A DNA stretch of 64,000 nt. Origin: Octopus bimaculoides (taxonomy: Eukaryota). The notes under the pieces were generated by a model. It saw only the letters and a list, made by a program, of their open reading frames with translations. It searched no databases and was not told the origin of the DNA. Positions 12,407 through 23,964 of this stretch are shown piece after piece. The translations under genes were made by a program, and so were the position numbers. The stretch lies in contig NC_069001.1 of NCBI RefSeq assembly GCF_001194135.2, forward strand, positions 9,743,802 through 9,807,801. The letters run 5' to 3'. Position 1 is the stretch's first letter. Each line of letters starts with the position of its first letter.

Positions 12407-12660
12407 TTCAAGGAAGAGTGTGCTAACATCCCACAGGAGACATGCAGGAAGCTTGTGGACAGGTAGGTACAAGAACCATGTAGAAGCAGTTATAAAAAAC
12501 AAAAACAATGCCATTGAGTATTAAAGAAAGATATTGGACTCAGTAAGCCTAGGGTATGAATAATTTTGAACATGGCATTTTTCCAAAATCCATGAACAAA
12601 ATACTTCTGAAGTTAAGAATTTCTTGAATTGTGTATTGCTCTTATTTTTTTCAGTTGTTG
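12407..12660 (+). mobile_element. Tc1-like transposase C-terminal relic with 3' UTR
   Basis: FKEECANIPQETCRKLVD/RYKNHVEAVIKNKNNAIEY* (4-bp AGGT duplication frameshift; stop 12522-12524) matches the Tc1 EEWxxIPxExCxKLVxxYxKRLxAVIxNKGxxTKY pattern. Followed by GGGTATGAATAATTTTG. Confidence 0.75.
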
Positions 12661-12668
12661 GTCACATA

Positions 12669-13133
12669 CCGTAAATTCTCGAGTATAATCCGCATTTTCC
12701 CCCCAAAATTTAAAGGTCAAAATCCCTAGTGCGTACTATATACGAGATTAAAAATGAAAAATATTTTCTATGCAATGTCCAAGTCTCTATTTGCTGTCCG
12801 GTAATGTTTAGTCAGACGCATTTTGTGATGTCGGGCGCGAAATTACCTTAAGCTATATTTATTTTTCACTGACGTTATTACTGTTATTTCTTTATTTCCT
12901 TCAAACAAAGTACACAAAAAAGCTACACGCTTGCATTATGCTCTATATACAATAATAATAAAGGACGTTACCGTATATAGGTTTACAAACCAAGGACGTT
13001 ATATAGACATCCTTGACTCAAGTTAGAGAAGGGGTGCGTATTATACACAAGGTTTAGGTTTTTCAGAGGTACAGCTCCCTAAAAATCCCCTGCGTATTAT
13101 ACTCAAGGGCGGACTATACTCGAGGATTTACGA
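12669..13133. mobile_element. Non-autonomous Tc1/mariner-superfamily (pogo-like) MITE
   Basis: TIRs CCGTAAATTCTCGAGTATAATCCGC and GCGGACTATACTCGAGGATTTACGA, TA on both sides, subterminal TGCGTA(C/T)TATA repeats. Confidence 0.85.
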
Positions 13134-13800
13134 TATAATTATTCTATTAGAACTTATTCAGTTTTACTAATGCATTTATTACATCATAAAGAGTCTTTAA
13201 CCTTCTCGTTGAGGATCAGCTAGTATCTGTTTCTTTCAAACGAAATTTAACACAGCCCTCTTCCTTCCTTCCTTCATTTTTTTTGTTGTAATTTCTTTTA
13301 AAGAAATGATCGCCGCAGCAATTTCATGTGAAGTTTAACTCCCGTATAAACACGTTCATTATTAATATGTCGGCCATGACAAGTTAGGCTTATCTCGATC
13401 AGCCGCAACAACTTTCACACTCTCCCTTTTCTATGTACCCCACATACATCCAATAGTATTAACAGCAACATCATCAGCACTATTAACAATAACAGCATTT
13501 ACGGTGGTTCTTGTTAGCGGAGGCGAGATGACGACGGTAGTAGATTCAGTATGGTAGTGGTGAATTTTGTGATGATGGGGATAGTAGCTGAGGCAGTTGG
13601 TAGTAAAGTTAGTTGCTATAGAAATGACAGATAGCTATAGTGGGGAAATTATTGATATTTTTAATGATAGGCTTGAACGAAAGAAAAATACAAAAAGAAA
13701 AAGGCGGCTCGTATTTTTTGTTAGTTTCCTAAAAGAGTCTTACATACAAATTCTTGTCATAGATGCACATGTTTTCATCATTATACATACATACATACAT

Positions 13801-14017
13801 GAGGTGGCGAGCTGGCAGAATCGTTAGCACGCTGGACGGAATGCTTATCGGCATTTCGCTCGTCCTTGCGTTCTGAGTTCAAATTCCGCCGAGGTCGACT
13901 TTGCCGTTTATCGTTTCGGGGTCGATAAATTAACTACCATTGAAACACTGGGATCGATGTAATCGACTAGATCCATCCCCCAAATTTCAAGGCCTTGTGC
14001 CTTCAGTAGGAAGGATT
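13801..14017 (+). mobile_element. SINE family A, full length
   Basis: GGCGAGCTGGCAGAATCGTTAGCACG head, GAGTTCAAATTCC B-box, GTCGATGTAATCGAC hairpin. Confidence 0.9.
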
Positions 14018-14200
14018 ATACATACATACTTCCATCCATCCATCCATACATACATATGTGTATGTGTGCGTATGTGAATGTTTCTATCTAACTATGTCTG
14101 TCTCTCTGTCTATGTACCTGAAGTGAAAACCACGTGGTAGCAAAGCAATCTTCTTAACTGTACAGCCTACCGCAACTATTAAATAAATAAATGCAAAAAG

Positions 14201-14272
<72 letters not shown>

Positions 14273-14600
14273 CATGTGTGTGTGTGTGTGTGTGTAATGT
14301 TAAAACAATTTTGAACAAGGAAATACTGTTACATTCCTCGAGGAAAGATTTATTATGAAAAATGGTCAATCCATTACCTAACAGTCACCAAAGTATCCAT
14401 GGAATCCTATAACATGCGCGTGTGTGTGTGTATCTCTGTCTGTGTGCATATATGTACGTGTCCACGTGTGAAGAAGATCTTGTGTTCGAAACTCAGAGTA
14501 GCAAGCGACTGACTAGACCAAGATAAAAATATTAATCTCTACTATGATATCAAGTACTCTCTCTTCTGCCGACAGTCGATACTAAACCTCTCTCTCTCTA

Positions 14601-14647
<47 letters not shown>

Positions 14648-15176
14648 CAAATTGATAGATAGATAAATATAGATATATGTATAGATATACAAATATACAA
14701 ACACGCACACAAACAAATACACACACACACACACCTGATGCGCTAAACATAGTGATGTTATAATGTCTGTACAAGAAGCACTTTTGGAAACCGTTGAAAA
14801 CCAATACAGATTTCCAAGTTCCATTAACGGAATTAGATGCTAATTCCTGCAGTCATAAACTATTCATACATTCCATTATATTTACGTATAGTATAGTTAA
14901 ATATTAATAACTCAAGAAGTATACAGAAAACATATACACCAGCTTTGCGCTTGTCGTCGAATGCACCTAAAACAATTGCCAACTTTTCTGCGGCTCACGT
15001 TGGAGAGAGAAGTGTATTTGACCTCTTATACATACATGCATGCATCCATACATACATATATATACACACATACATACATACATACATAAATACCTATATA
15101 TATATATATATATACACACATACCTACCTACATACATAAATACCTATATATATATATATATACACACATACCTACC

Positions 15177-15207
<31 letters not shown>

Positions 15208-15299
15208 GTNNNNNNNNNNNNNNNNNNNNNNNNNNNNNNNNNNNNNNNNNNNNNNNNNNNNNNNNNNNNNNNNNNNNNNNNNNNNNNNNNNNNNNNNNN

Positions 15300-15344
<45 letters not shown>

Positions 15345-16129
15345 TCATATGTATATGTGCATGGATATATATGTGTAGTGGGGGCTGTGTTTTGGGGCTG
15401 TGCCCACACACCACACAAACACATGGATGTGCTTGTCTTGAATATTTAAGCAAATTTACGCAAATTGTGCGTGGGTTTATTCCAAGAGATGCAAGGAGGA
15501 AAAAACAGCGAACTCAATACATTTCGAGTTTTTCTGAAGTCGACGATTTATCTCCGTAACTATTTGGATTTTTACGTGTATGCCATTATTCAGAATCTCT
15601 GAAACGTTGAAAATTGTTTCATAGACAATGCATATTAATCATTCATCCTTGATCTCCCTTAGAAAGCAATGAAGACAACAACCGCACCACTAATAAGCAA
15701 CGTGAGTCAGGAACCATTAATGATCCTATTCACTATTCTGGATTCATCATTAACTTTCAGTGAGCCCTGACGTTCCCAAATGTAAGACACATCAAAGCAT
15801 TATGGAATATATCCTCGAATTAAGAACAATATATAAACTCTAGAAGTAAAATACCCTTTACTGAATGTTACGCATTTCTAAATGTGAACGAATACCTGCT
15901 GTTGTTTCATTGTTGCACCCGAAGTGGAGCGAAACAAACCCAATTCTTTTTCCCTGAGTATTATGTGATATCTCCAATGATAGGGTATTAATATTAAATA
16001 CATTAATACCCTAGAAGTGAACGAATACCTGCTGCTATTTCATTAATTTCTGTTGTTGCTCTGTCAAAGAATATTCGAAGTGGAGCGAGACATATCCACT
16101 TCTTTTCCTTGAGGATCATTAAATATATC

Positions 16130-16328
16130 GTTCTATATTTAAGATGAGGAATCATTTACATTATTTACATTTGACGGATATTTGTCCTCACCTTGTTTGT
16201 TGTTAACACGTTTCGGCTGATATACCCTCCAGCCTTCATCAAGTGTCTTGTGGAAATTTCGAACCTGGGTTCTCATTTCGAACTTATTTTTCGATGTTAT
16301 TATTGTTATTATTATTATTATTATTATT
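16130..16328 (-). mobile_element. Family D 3' part (PLE-type end with degenerate hammerhead)
   Basis: Reverse complement GACAC-TTGATGA-AGGCTG-GAGGGTATAT-CAGCC-GAAACGTG matches 26113-26158, with a C3>U change and a 3-nt deletion. Confidence 0.85.
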
Positions 16329-16836
16329 GAGTGAGAGAGCAGTGCATGCCATCAAAATGACACTGGGGTAAAATATACGAAACCCAGTATACCCATCATG
16401 ACTACCTGTCTGATAAGGGGGCACCAGGCACATGCATCACAACCATATGTGTGCGACATGGTGGTCTCATATCAAGATAAACAACACATGACCTTGCAGG
16501 TGGGGCCCACTTAGAATTTTCTTCAGGTTGAGTAGCCCATCCCGCTCAAAAGGTCCCTGAATAAGGTTTGTTTAAGGATGTTGAGCAAAACACCCATGTT
16601 TCCAAATGTGAATTATTCAAACACCAAAGAATTCCTCTCAACACATGGCTATGATGCTTCCCCACTACTTCTGCTCGTGATCAGAGATGCACATATCGTC
16701 AGCCACTAAGGGTTAAGATCAAACAACTGACAAGCAAATCTGTGGTATTGAGCAGAATATTTGCTGTAGCCCATCTTTTATACCAAGACAAAACAATATA
16801 CATGATAACACCTCCAATCAGTTAACATCAAAAGCC
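16329..16836 (-). mobile_element. Unclassified ~510-bp insertion (family E) in the (AAT)n tract of family D
   Basis: Absent from the D copy at 26040-26065, where the flanks are contiguous; abuts (ATT)n. No coding motif recognised. Confidence 0.5.
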
Positions 16837-16953
16837 CACTGCCTGGAATCGAACTCGGAATCTGGAATTCCGATTATGGAGTGAATTTTAGAGCAATTAT
16901 GGAGTGAATTTTAGGGCTTATAAATATTATATTTTTTCTATCCTTCCTTAATA
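16837..16953 (-). mobile_element. Family D 5' part (B-box end plus upstream segment)
   Basis: CACTGCCTGGAATCGAACTCGG is the reverse complement of ~26023-26044; 16893-16953 is the reverse complement of ~25919-25978. Confidence 0.8.
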
Positions 16954-16956
16954 GCA

Positions 16957-17018
16957 TAATAATTATAATATCGAAAAATACCTTAGGAATGAGAACCCAG
17001 GTTCGAAATTTCCCCAAG
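16957..17018 (+). mobile_element. Inverted partial copy of family D
   Basis: ATCGAAAAATACCTTAGGAATGAGAACCCAGGTTCGAAATTTCCCCAAG mirrors 16247-16295. Confidence 0.85.
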
Positions 17019-17108
17019 TGTCTTGCTCAAGGTCTCAATGCGTCGCCGGGAATCGAACTCGCTATCCTACGATCACGAACCAAATACCTTAACTGCTAAG
17101 CCACGCGG
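17015..17108 (-). mobile_element. tRNA-SINE head fragment (C2-like)
   Basis: Reverse complement has A-box-like GCGTGGCTTAGCAGTTAAGG, B-box GAGTTCGATTCC and CCTTGAGCAAGACAC. Confidence 0.65.
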
Positions 17109-17864
17109 CATATATATTTTGTCAGAAAGAAATGTACTGAGCAATCTTTTTATAAATGTCTAGTACATTTGTACTTTTGAGTAATCCTTCAGTTTAATCC
17201 CAAATTTTCTTTATTCTAACTCGACATAAAAATAAACATAAATGCAAATATGCATAGACACTCACACACACACACAAAAACTCATATAAACATAGAGAGA
17301 GAGAGAAAGAGAGATTGATGAAGAGATTGATAAATATATAGATAAAGATAGACAGATGAATGGGGTGAGAAAGATCGACTTTGTGTACTGATCAGTGAAT
17401 TAGATCTGACATTTAATGCAGTGAGCCTAACTAGAAATGTCCCTGCCATAAAATATACAGATAAGCAGACAGACAGACAAGCAAACAGACAGAAAGGCAG
17501 CTAGGTAGACGCATAAATATTTACATAGATATATATAGTATTGATGATATATATAGTGCAGAGAAGAATTGTGTGGAGGCGAAAAGATAATTATAGTCAC
17601 TGATTTAAAGTCATTTATATTATTTTCTTAAATACAGCAGACTTCTCGTGACATCTTCTACCCTTATTGTGACCTCACCAGCGAAGCATATGTTTCGCAA
17701 TATTTACTGAAGTAATTAATGCTGAAAGAATCGCTAAGTAAATGAATAAATATATCCATTGGTTGAAGGTAGAAGTTAAAATTGCACATATTTTGTAAAT
17801 ATTTTACTTATTAGCACCTGTTACAAATAGCAACTGATTTACCGAATGTATATTCTTTTGTAAT

Positions 17865-18445
17865 CTTTGCACAAAGCCTAAATTTTTTTTAGGAGGGGCC
17901 AATCGATTAGATCGACCACAGTACGCAACTGATACTCGTCGGAATTTGAACTCAGAACGTAAAGGCAGACGAAATACTGCTAAGCATTTCGCCCGGCATG
18001 CTAAGTTTTCTGCCAGCTCGCTGCATTTCTTTTTACTGAAGACATATTAAATAAATGGTTTGACTGTGTGTTTGTGTATATAATGTGAGAAGCATGAGAC
18101 CGGGAGCAGACAAGAGGCAATAAATAAATAAATAGAATTAAAAAAAAAACGGCACTAATCAGAAGAGAAAATTGTTCAAGAAATCAGCAATCGAACCCTC
18201 TACATGGTAGTTTGATCTGCTAGAAATATCAGTCAAATTTTAACTGAACTCATATATTGGTTTCAAATTTTGGCACAAGCCTAACTAGATCAATCCAAGA
18301 ATTCAAATGATACTTATTATATCGATCCCGACACAACGAAAAGCAAAGTCGATCTCGGTGGAATTTCAACTCAGAAGAGGAAAACGGACGAAATGCCGCA
18401 AAATATTTATTCCGGCACCTTAACGATTCTGCCAGCTCGCCGCCT
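17865..18445 (-). mobile_element. Two SINE family A copies (17865-18025 with internal deletion; 18255-18445)
   Basis: GGAATTTGAACTCAGAA...AAGCATTTCG...CTGCCAGCTCGC motifs. Confidence 0.8.
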
Positions 18446-18626
18446 TTTCGTATTTTATTTATTACCACCTTAAACTAATATCTCTAACACAAATTCATTT
18501 ACCATAGTAACTGATAAACGATAAGAGGTGATGGTTAAAGATGGCACAATTCTTATCAGAACATAAACAAAAACAGCAACGAGTTGTCTAAATGAAAAAT
18601 AAAAAATAAATGAGATAGGCGCAGCA

Positions 18627-18748
18627 AGATCAGTCAATTATGATTTCCCTCTCAGATTCACACGTTTATTGCAGTGGCTCCTCAGATGTTCTAAGCCCTG
18701 TTAGAGTGCTCGGTACGCTTAATGTTAGAAACTTTAAAGTACCCCTGG
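18627..18748. mobile_element. Fragment of mariner-derived MITE (same family as 32582-32802)
   Basis: AGATCAGTCAATTATGATTT...CAGATTCACAC...TTCTAAGCC, with a degenerate right TIR followed by TA. Confidence 0.65.
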
Positions 18749-19000
18749 TATATATATATATATANNNNNNNNNNNNNNNNNNNNNNNNNNNNNNNNNNNN
18801 NNNNNNNNNNNNNNNNNNNNNNNNNNNNNNNNNNNNNNNNNNNNNNNNNNNNNNNNNNNNNNNNNNNNNNNNNNNNNNNNNNNNNNNNNNNNNNNNNNNN
18901 NNNNNNNNNNNNNNNNNNNNNNNNNNNNNNNNNNNNNNNNNNNNNNNNNNNNNNNNNNNNNNNNNNNNNNNNNNNNNNNNNNNNNNNNNNNNNNNNNNNN

Positions 19001-19033
<33 letters not shown>

Positions 19034-19187
19034 TACGACGGGCTTCTTTCAGTTCCCGTCTACCAAATCCACTCACAAGGATTTGGTCGACCCGAAGCTG
19101 TAGTACAAAACACTTGCTCAAGGTGCCACGCAGTAGGAGTGAACCCAGAACCATGTGGTTGGTAAGCAAGCTACTTAGCACACATAC
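19034..19187 (-). mobile_element. SINE family B 5' half
   Basis: ACGACGGGCTTCTTTCAGTT...CACTTGCTCAAGGTGCCACGCAGT...GAACCCAGAACCATGTGG. Confidence 0.85.
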
Positions 19188-19597
19188 ATCTTTGTCTACC
19201 TGTGCTCTCATAATACCTCCTATGCAATTTCTTGCGCGCTGCAATATATTATTCTCAACATGCCGAATTAACTGTATGGCATTGTTACATATGCGGTTCT
19301 CTGTGTAGCGAAGAATAAATACACTAATTATGAGAAACACTTCACGGGTGGAGATTTTATAATTTTATTAACGCATTGCAACGTATGTTTCGGCATATTT
19401 ATTTTTATAGGACCACCTCACCATATTCATAGGATATCGTGAGTGTGTGTGCGTGTGTATGTGTGTGTGTGCGTGTGTATGTGTGCGCGCATGTCTTTTG
19501 GTGTTCGTCACTGCACAACCTCTTAACAATTGGTGCTGTTTTATTTACGTCCCCTTAGCATCAGAGGTTCACCAAAGAGAACAATAGAATAATTATA

Positions 19598-19762
19598 GGC
19601 GTAGAAGTGGCTGTGTGGTAAGTAGCTTGCTTACCAACCACATGGTTCTGGGTTCGGTCCCACTGCGTGGCATCTTGGGCAAGTGTCTTCTACTATAACC
19701 TCGGGCCGACCAAAGCCTTGTGTGTGGATTTGGTAGACGGAAACTGAAAGAAGCCCGTCGTG

Positions 19763-19827
<65 letters not shown>

Positions 19828-20035
19828 GTGTGTTTGTGTGTCAGTGTTTGTCCCCCCAACATCGCTTGACAATCGATGCTCGTGTGTTTATGTCCCCGTA
19901 ACTTAGCAGTTCGGCAAAATTGACCGATAGAATAAGTACTAGGCTTACAAAGAATAAGTCCTGGGGTCGATTTTCTCGACTAAAGGCGGTGCTCCAGCAT
20001 GGCCACAGTCAAAAGACTGAAACAAGTAAAAGAGT
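19598..20035 (+). mobile_element. SINE family B, full length
   Basis: All modules present, with an internal (TA)n(TG)n tract. Confidence 0.9.
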
Positions 20036-20605
20036 ACAGGTATTGATGTTGACTTCTTCGCGTAATCCATTCAAGACGGAGCCTCGGCATAGCCGCAGAT
20101 CAATGGCCAAAAACGCATAAATGACAAAAGCTAAAAAGAATATATTTCAAACATATCACCCCTCCAAAATACGAAGCGATTCCACAACGTTTATGCTAGA
20201 GTGCTACGAATAGAACAAGAGACGCGAGGAGACACTCACACGATCACGAAACAGAAAGGAAGGCTCAACGGAGCAAAGCGACAAGGCGTTGTAGAGAATG
20301 TGTAAAAGATGCGTTGCAAGAAATAAATAAATGCAAGATAGAAATAAAACAAAACTAATGTATCATAAGAAGAGATGAGAGATTATAATCCGGAGAGAGG
20401 CTTATTTATTAAGAAATAGATGAATGCTAATGGACAGTAATGGCTGAAGAAAAAGTCAATACACAAAGGCATGCATGTCTGCATACATACACAGGCTCAC
20501 ACACACACGCATATGCATATATATATAGCCATAGGCGCACATATAGATATGTATACATGCATGCCCATATATAAATCTATTCATATATATATATAGATAT
20601 ATAAA

Positions 20606-20649
<44 letters not shown>

Positions 20650-21094
20650 NNNNNNNNNNNNNNNNNNNNNNNNNNNNNNNNNNNNNNNNNNNNNNNNNNN
20701 NNNNNNNNNNNNNNNNNNNNNNNNNNNNNNNNNNNNNNNNNNNNNNNNNNNNNNNNNNNNNNNNNNNNNNNNNNNNNNNNNNNNNNNNNNNNNNNNNNNN
20801 NNNNNNNNNNNNNNNNNNNNNNNNNNNNNNNNNNNNNNNNNNNNNNNNNNNNNNNNNNNNNNNNNNNNNNNNNNNNNNNNNNNNNNNNNNNNNNNNNNNN
20901 NNNNNNNNNNNNNNNNNNNNNNNNNNNNNNNNNNNNNNNNNNNNNNNNNNNNNNNNNNNNNNNNNNNNNNNNNNNNNNNNNNNNNNNNNNNNNNNNNNNN
21001 NNNNNNNNNNNNNNNNNNNNNNNNNNNNNNNNNNNNNNNNNNNNNNNNNNNNNNNNNNNNNNNNNNNNNNNNNNNNNNNNNNNNNNNNNNNNNN

Positions 21095-21136
<42 letters not shown>

Positions 21137-21138
21137 CT

Positions 21139-21169
<31 letters not shown>

Positions 21170-21249
21170 AATCTATACATACATATATATATATTTATAT
21201 ATAAACAAATCTATACATAGATGTATATACATACATATATATGTGTGTG

Positions 21250-21280
<31 letters not shown>

Positions 21281-22573
21281 GTATATAGATATATTCATGC
21301 AAGTGTATGTGTGTGTGTGTGTGTTGTACGGAAAATGAAGAGTAGTTATGAAATCATAATAATGGACAGTTTGGGATTGAAATACGGAAAGTGAAGAATA
21401 AATATTGCTGAATGCGGCATTGTTATCTAATATGATAGAGGTGAGTATCAGCAATACCAGGAAGCTACTGGTGTAGAAGAAAGCGGTGACGAGGAAAGAA
21501 ATCTGGCCATTTAATAAATTCTATTAATAATTCGAACCCTTCTAATAATTTAATGTATTGCTTCATATATGGTGGCTTTTGTTTAAAAACCGCTCTTTTG
21601 TTTAAAACATTTAAAAATTGTTTCTGTGAAATTTTACCTATACGGTTAATTACATGAAATGCGAAATAGAATTGTACCTTTTGAAATAAATGTATCGGTG
21701 ATCTAAATTGTCCACGTGTAATTCAGTTTATTTTTGAAACCGATAATTGCGTTAAATTCACTCTTTACAGTTTTGTGTAAGTGTTTGACATTATCGACAA
21801 ATGGCGATTATTTTTTAATCGCTTATAAAGTTCCAGCTTAAAAGTTTATCAAAATCTGTTTCAAGGGTCATCTAGTTTGACAATATTTTCTGGCGTCTTC
21901 AATACTAAAATGTCGAATACACCATGCCATGACTTGCAATTTATGATAGAAACTCAGGAAAAACTTTGTCATATACCTTATGGAATTGTTTTTTCATTCC
22001 CCCCTTAAATAGAATGTTTTACGTTCATTATCTTGTAGCGATTGGAGTTTAGAAGCTAAACATTGACGTCCGTTAGGAAATAGGGTAAATAATGGAGACT
22101 TATGGGACATTGAGAAAAACTTATATATTTTAGAATTCTGTATATGCAATATCTGGAAAGAAAACCTCTTGTTGGGATTAACTGATTGAAATGACTGTAG
22201 AGAAATTTATACTAATACTTTATACTAAGACTTCGTAATTAGAAATAAAGTTGTGACAGGCTGGAGTTAAGTATTCTGTTTTCCTCACTCGTTCTTATAA
22301 ATTTTGCTCTGTCCAGAAATTTGTATTAGATACGTTGAGGTGGATAATCACGCGGTTATTGTTTAAGTTCCGTATATTATATTTACTTGCACAGAAAACA
22401 CACGGCCGACTTTTTGTGGCGTTTTTCCACAAATTTATTTTGTTGAAAATGAATACTTCCTCTGCAGAGGATAAAAACAAAATAACTGAAATATTAAGTA
22501 TGCCGACGGGAGGAAAACTTGTAGAACCGGCAAAAAAGATTCATTTTGCAGCCAGAGTGGAAAAAAAGAAAAA

Positions 22574-23099
22574 TTGTGTGTTGACCGAAGTGTGCTACTG
22601 CAGCTGCAAAACATGTTTTCAAAGGAGGAATACAACGTAAAAGCCACCCTCCCGAGTGAAATCATACAAGAAACTGCAAAAAAAAAAAAAAAAAAAAGTC
22701 GTATAGGAAAAGAAACTAGACAAAGCACCAAAAGAAGCTATAGAAAAATATCTACAGCCGATCTGGCAGGACATAGAATACCTGACCAGGGGCAAACGCT
22801 TTGCCACGGTAGTAGTGTATTTCAAAAGTGAAGAGGAAGCAAAAACACACTCAGCACAACCTTTGAGAACAACAAACATTGTGTTGCTGCCAACATACTT
22901 AGGCAGGGGCACATCAAATGTCACAATAGAAGAGATCCCGTCCGAGATCAACGTCTCATGGCTACTCCCAGCCCTACTAATGAGAATAGAAGAAGTGATA
23001 GCTCTAAGCGGCTTAGCAGTTCCAAGACGCAAGAATTACCTCTTCTATCAGAACACGAGCCAACATAAAGTTGGCCAAAGTGATTGCATAGCAACGTGA
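22574..23099 (+). pseudogene. Probable LINE ORF1-like fragment, frameshifted at a poly-A tract
   Basis: Stop-free frame 22707-23099: EKKLDKAPKEAIEKYLQPIWQDIEYLTRGKRFATVVVYFKSEEEAKTHSAQPLRTTNIVLLPTYLGRGTSNVTIEEIPSEINVSWL. It is protein-like and suggests an RRM-type ORF1; the assignment is inference. Confidence 0.4.
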
Positions 23100-23381
23100 G
23101 ATGAAGTGTTTCGCTCAAGAACACAACTCATCACCCACTCTAAGAATTGAAACCACGATCTTACGATCGTGAGTGCAACACGCTAACCAGTAAGGCATGC
23201 GCCCTCACACACACACACATATGACGGGCTTCTTTCAGTTTCCGTCTACCAAATTCACTCACAAAGCTTTTGTCGGCCCGAGGCTATAGTAGAAGGCACT
23301 TGCCCAAGGTGTCACACAGTGGGACTGAACCCGGAACCATGTGGTTGGGGAGAAAGCTTCTTACCACACAGCTACGCCTGT
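23100..23381 (-). mobile_element. C2-like SINE head (23100-23205) plus family B 5' half (23222-23381)
   Basis: TCGCTCAAGAACAC...ATTGAAACCACGATCTTACGATC, then GACGGGCTTCTTTCAGTTTCCGTCTACC...GAACCCGGAACCATGTGG. Confidence 0.8.
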
Positions 23382-23926
23382 TATAAATAATTCTCGAGAC
23401 TCATCGACTAATAGGTACATCACGTGTTTACGATAGTAACATATGATTAAAGATGTACATCAATAACTATAAACTAAAAGACAGAATCTGTGTTGTTCGA
23501 ACACAGATACCTGCCTTTCAAATGAATATCATTTATTATTATTAATTTATTTATTTGCAAGCGCGAGACATTAAGACTTGTTATGACAAGTTTCAGTCTA
23601 AAATAAACAAATCATTTCTTTGATATTGGCCTTAAGCTTGATGATGACATTTCAAAGTGGAGGAGAAGTGCAGAATATCTCAGTGAGATATAAAAGCGAA
23701 GAGAAGCTGGAAAATATCAGCGAATACTGGAAACGGATCGAATGTTTGGTTGAGAAATAAGAAATAATGATGAAAACACGTTGAAGTGTTTCGAATGCCA
23801 AAACACTCAAATTAACCGGGATAAATATCATGACTTTTACTAAACGAATGGTGCTTCAGATGGGCTTGAACCTTGATAGACATAGTTGGAAACAACAAGT
23901 AAAGGGAGAAAGAAATACAGAATGAC

Positions 23927-23964
<38 letters not shown>

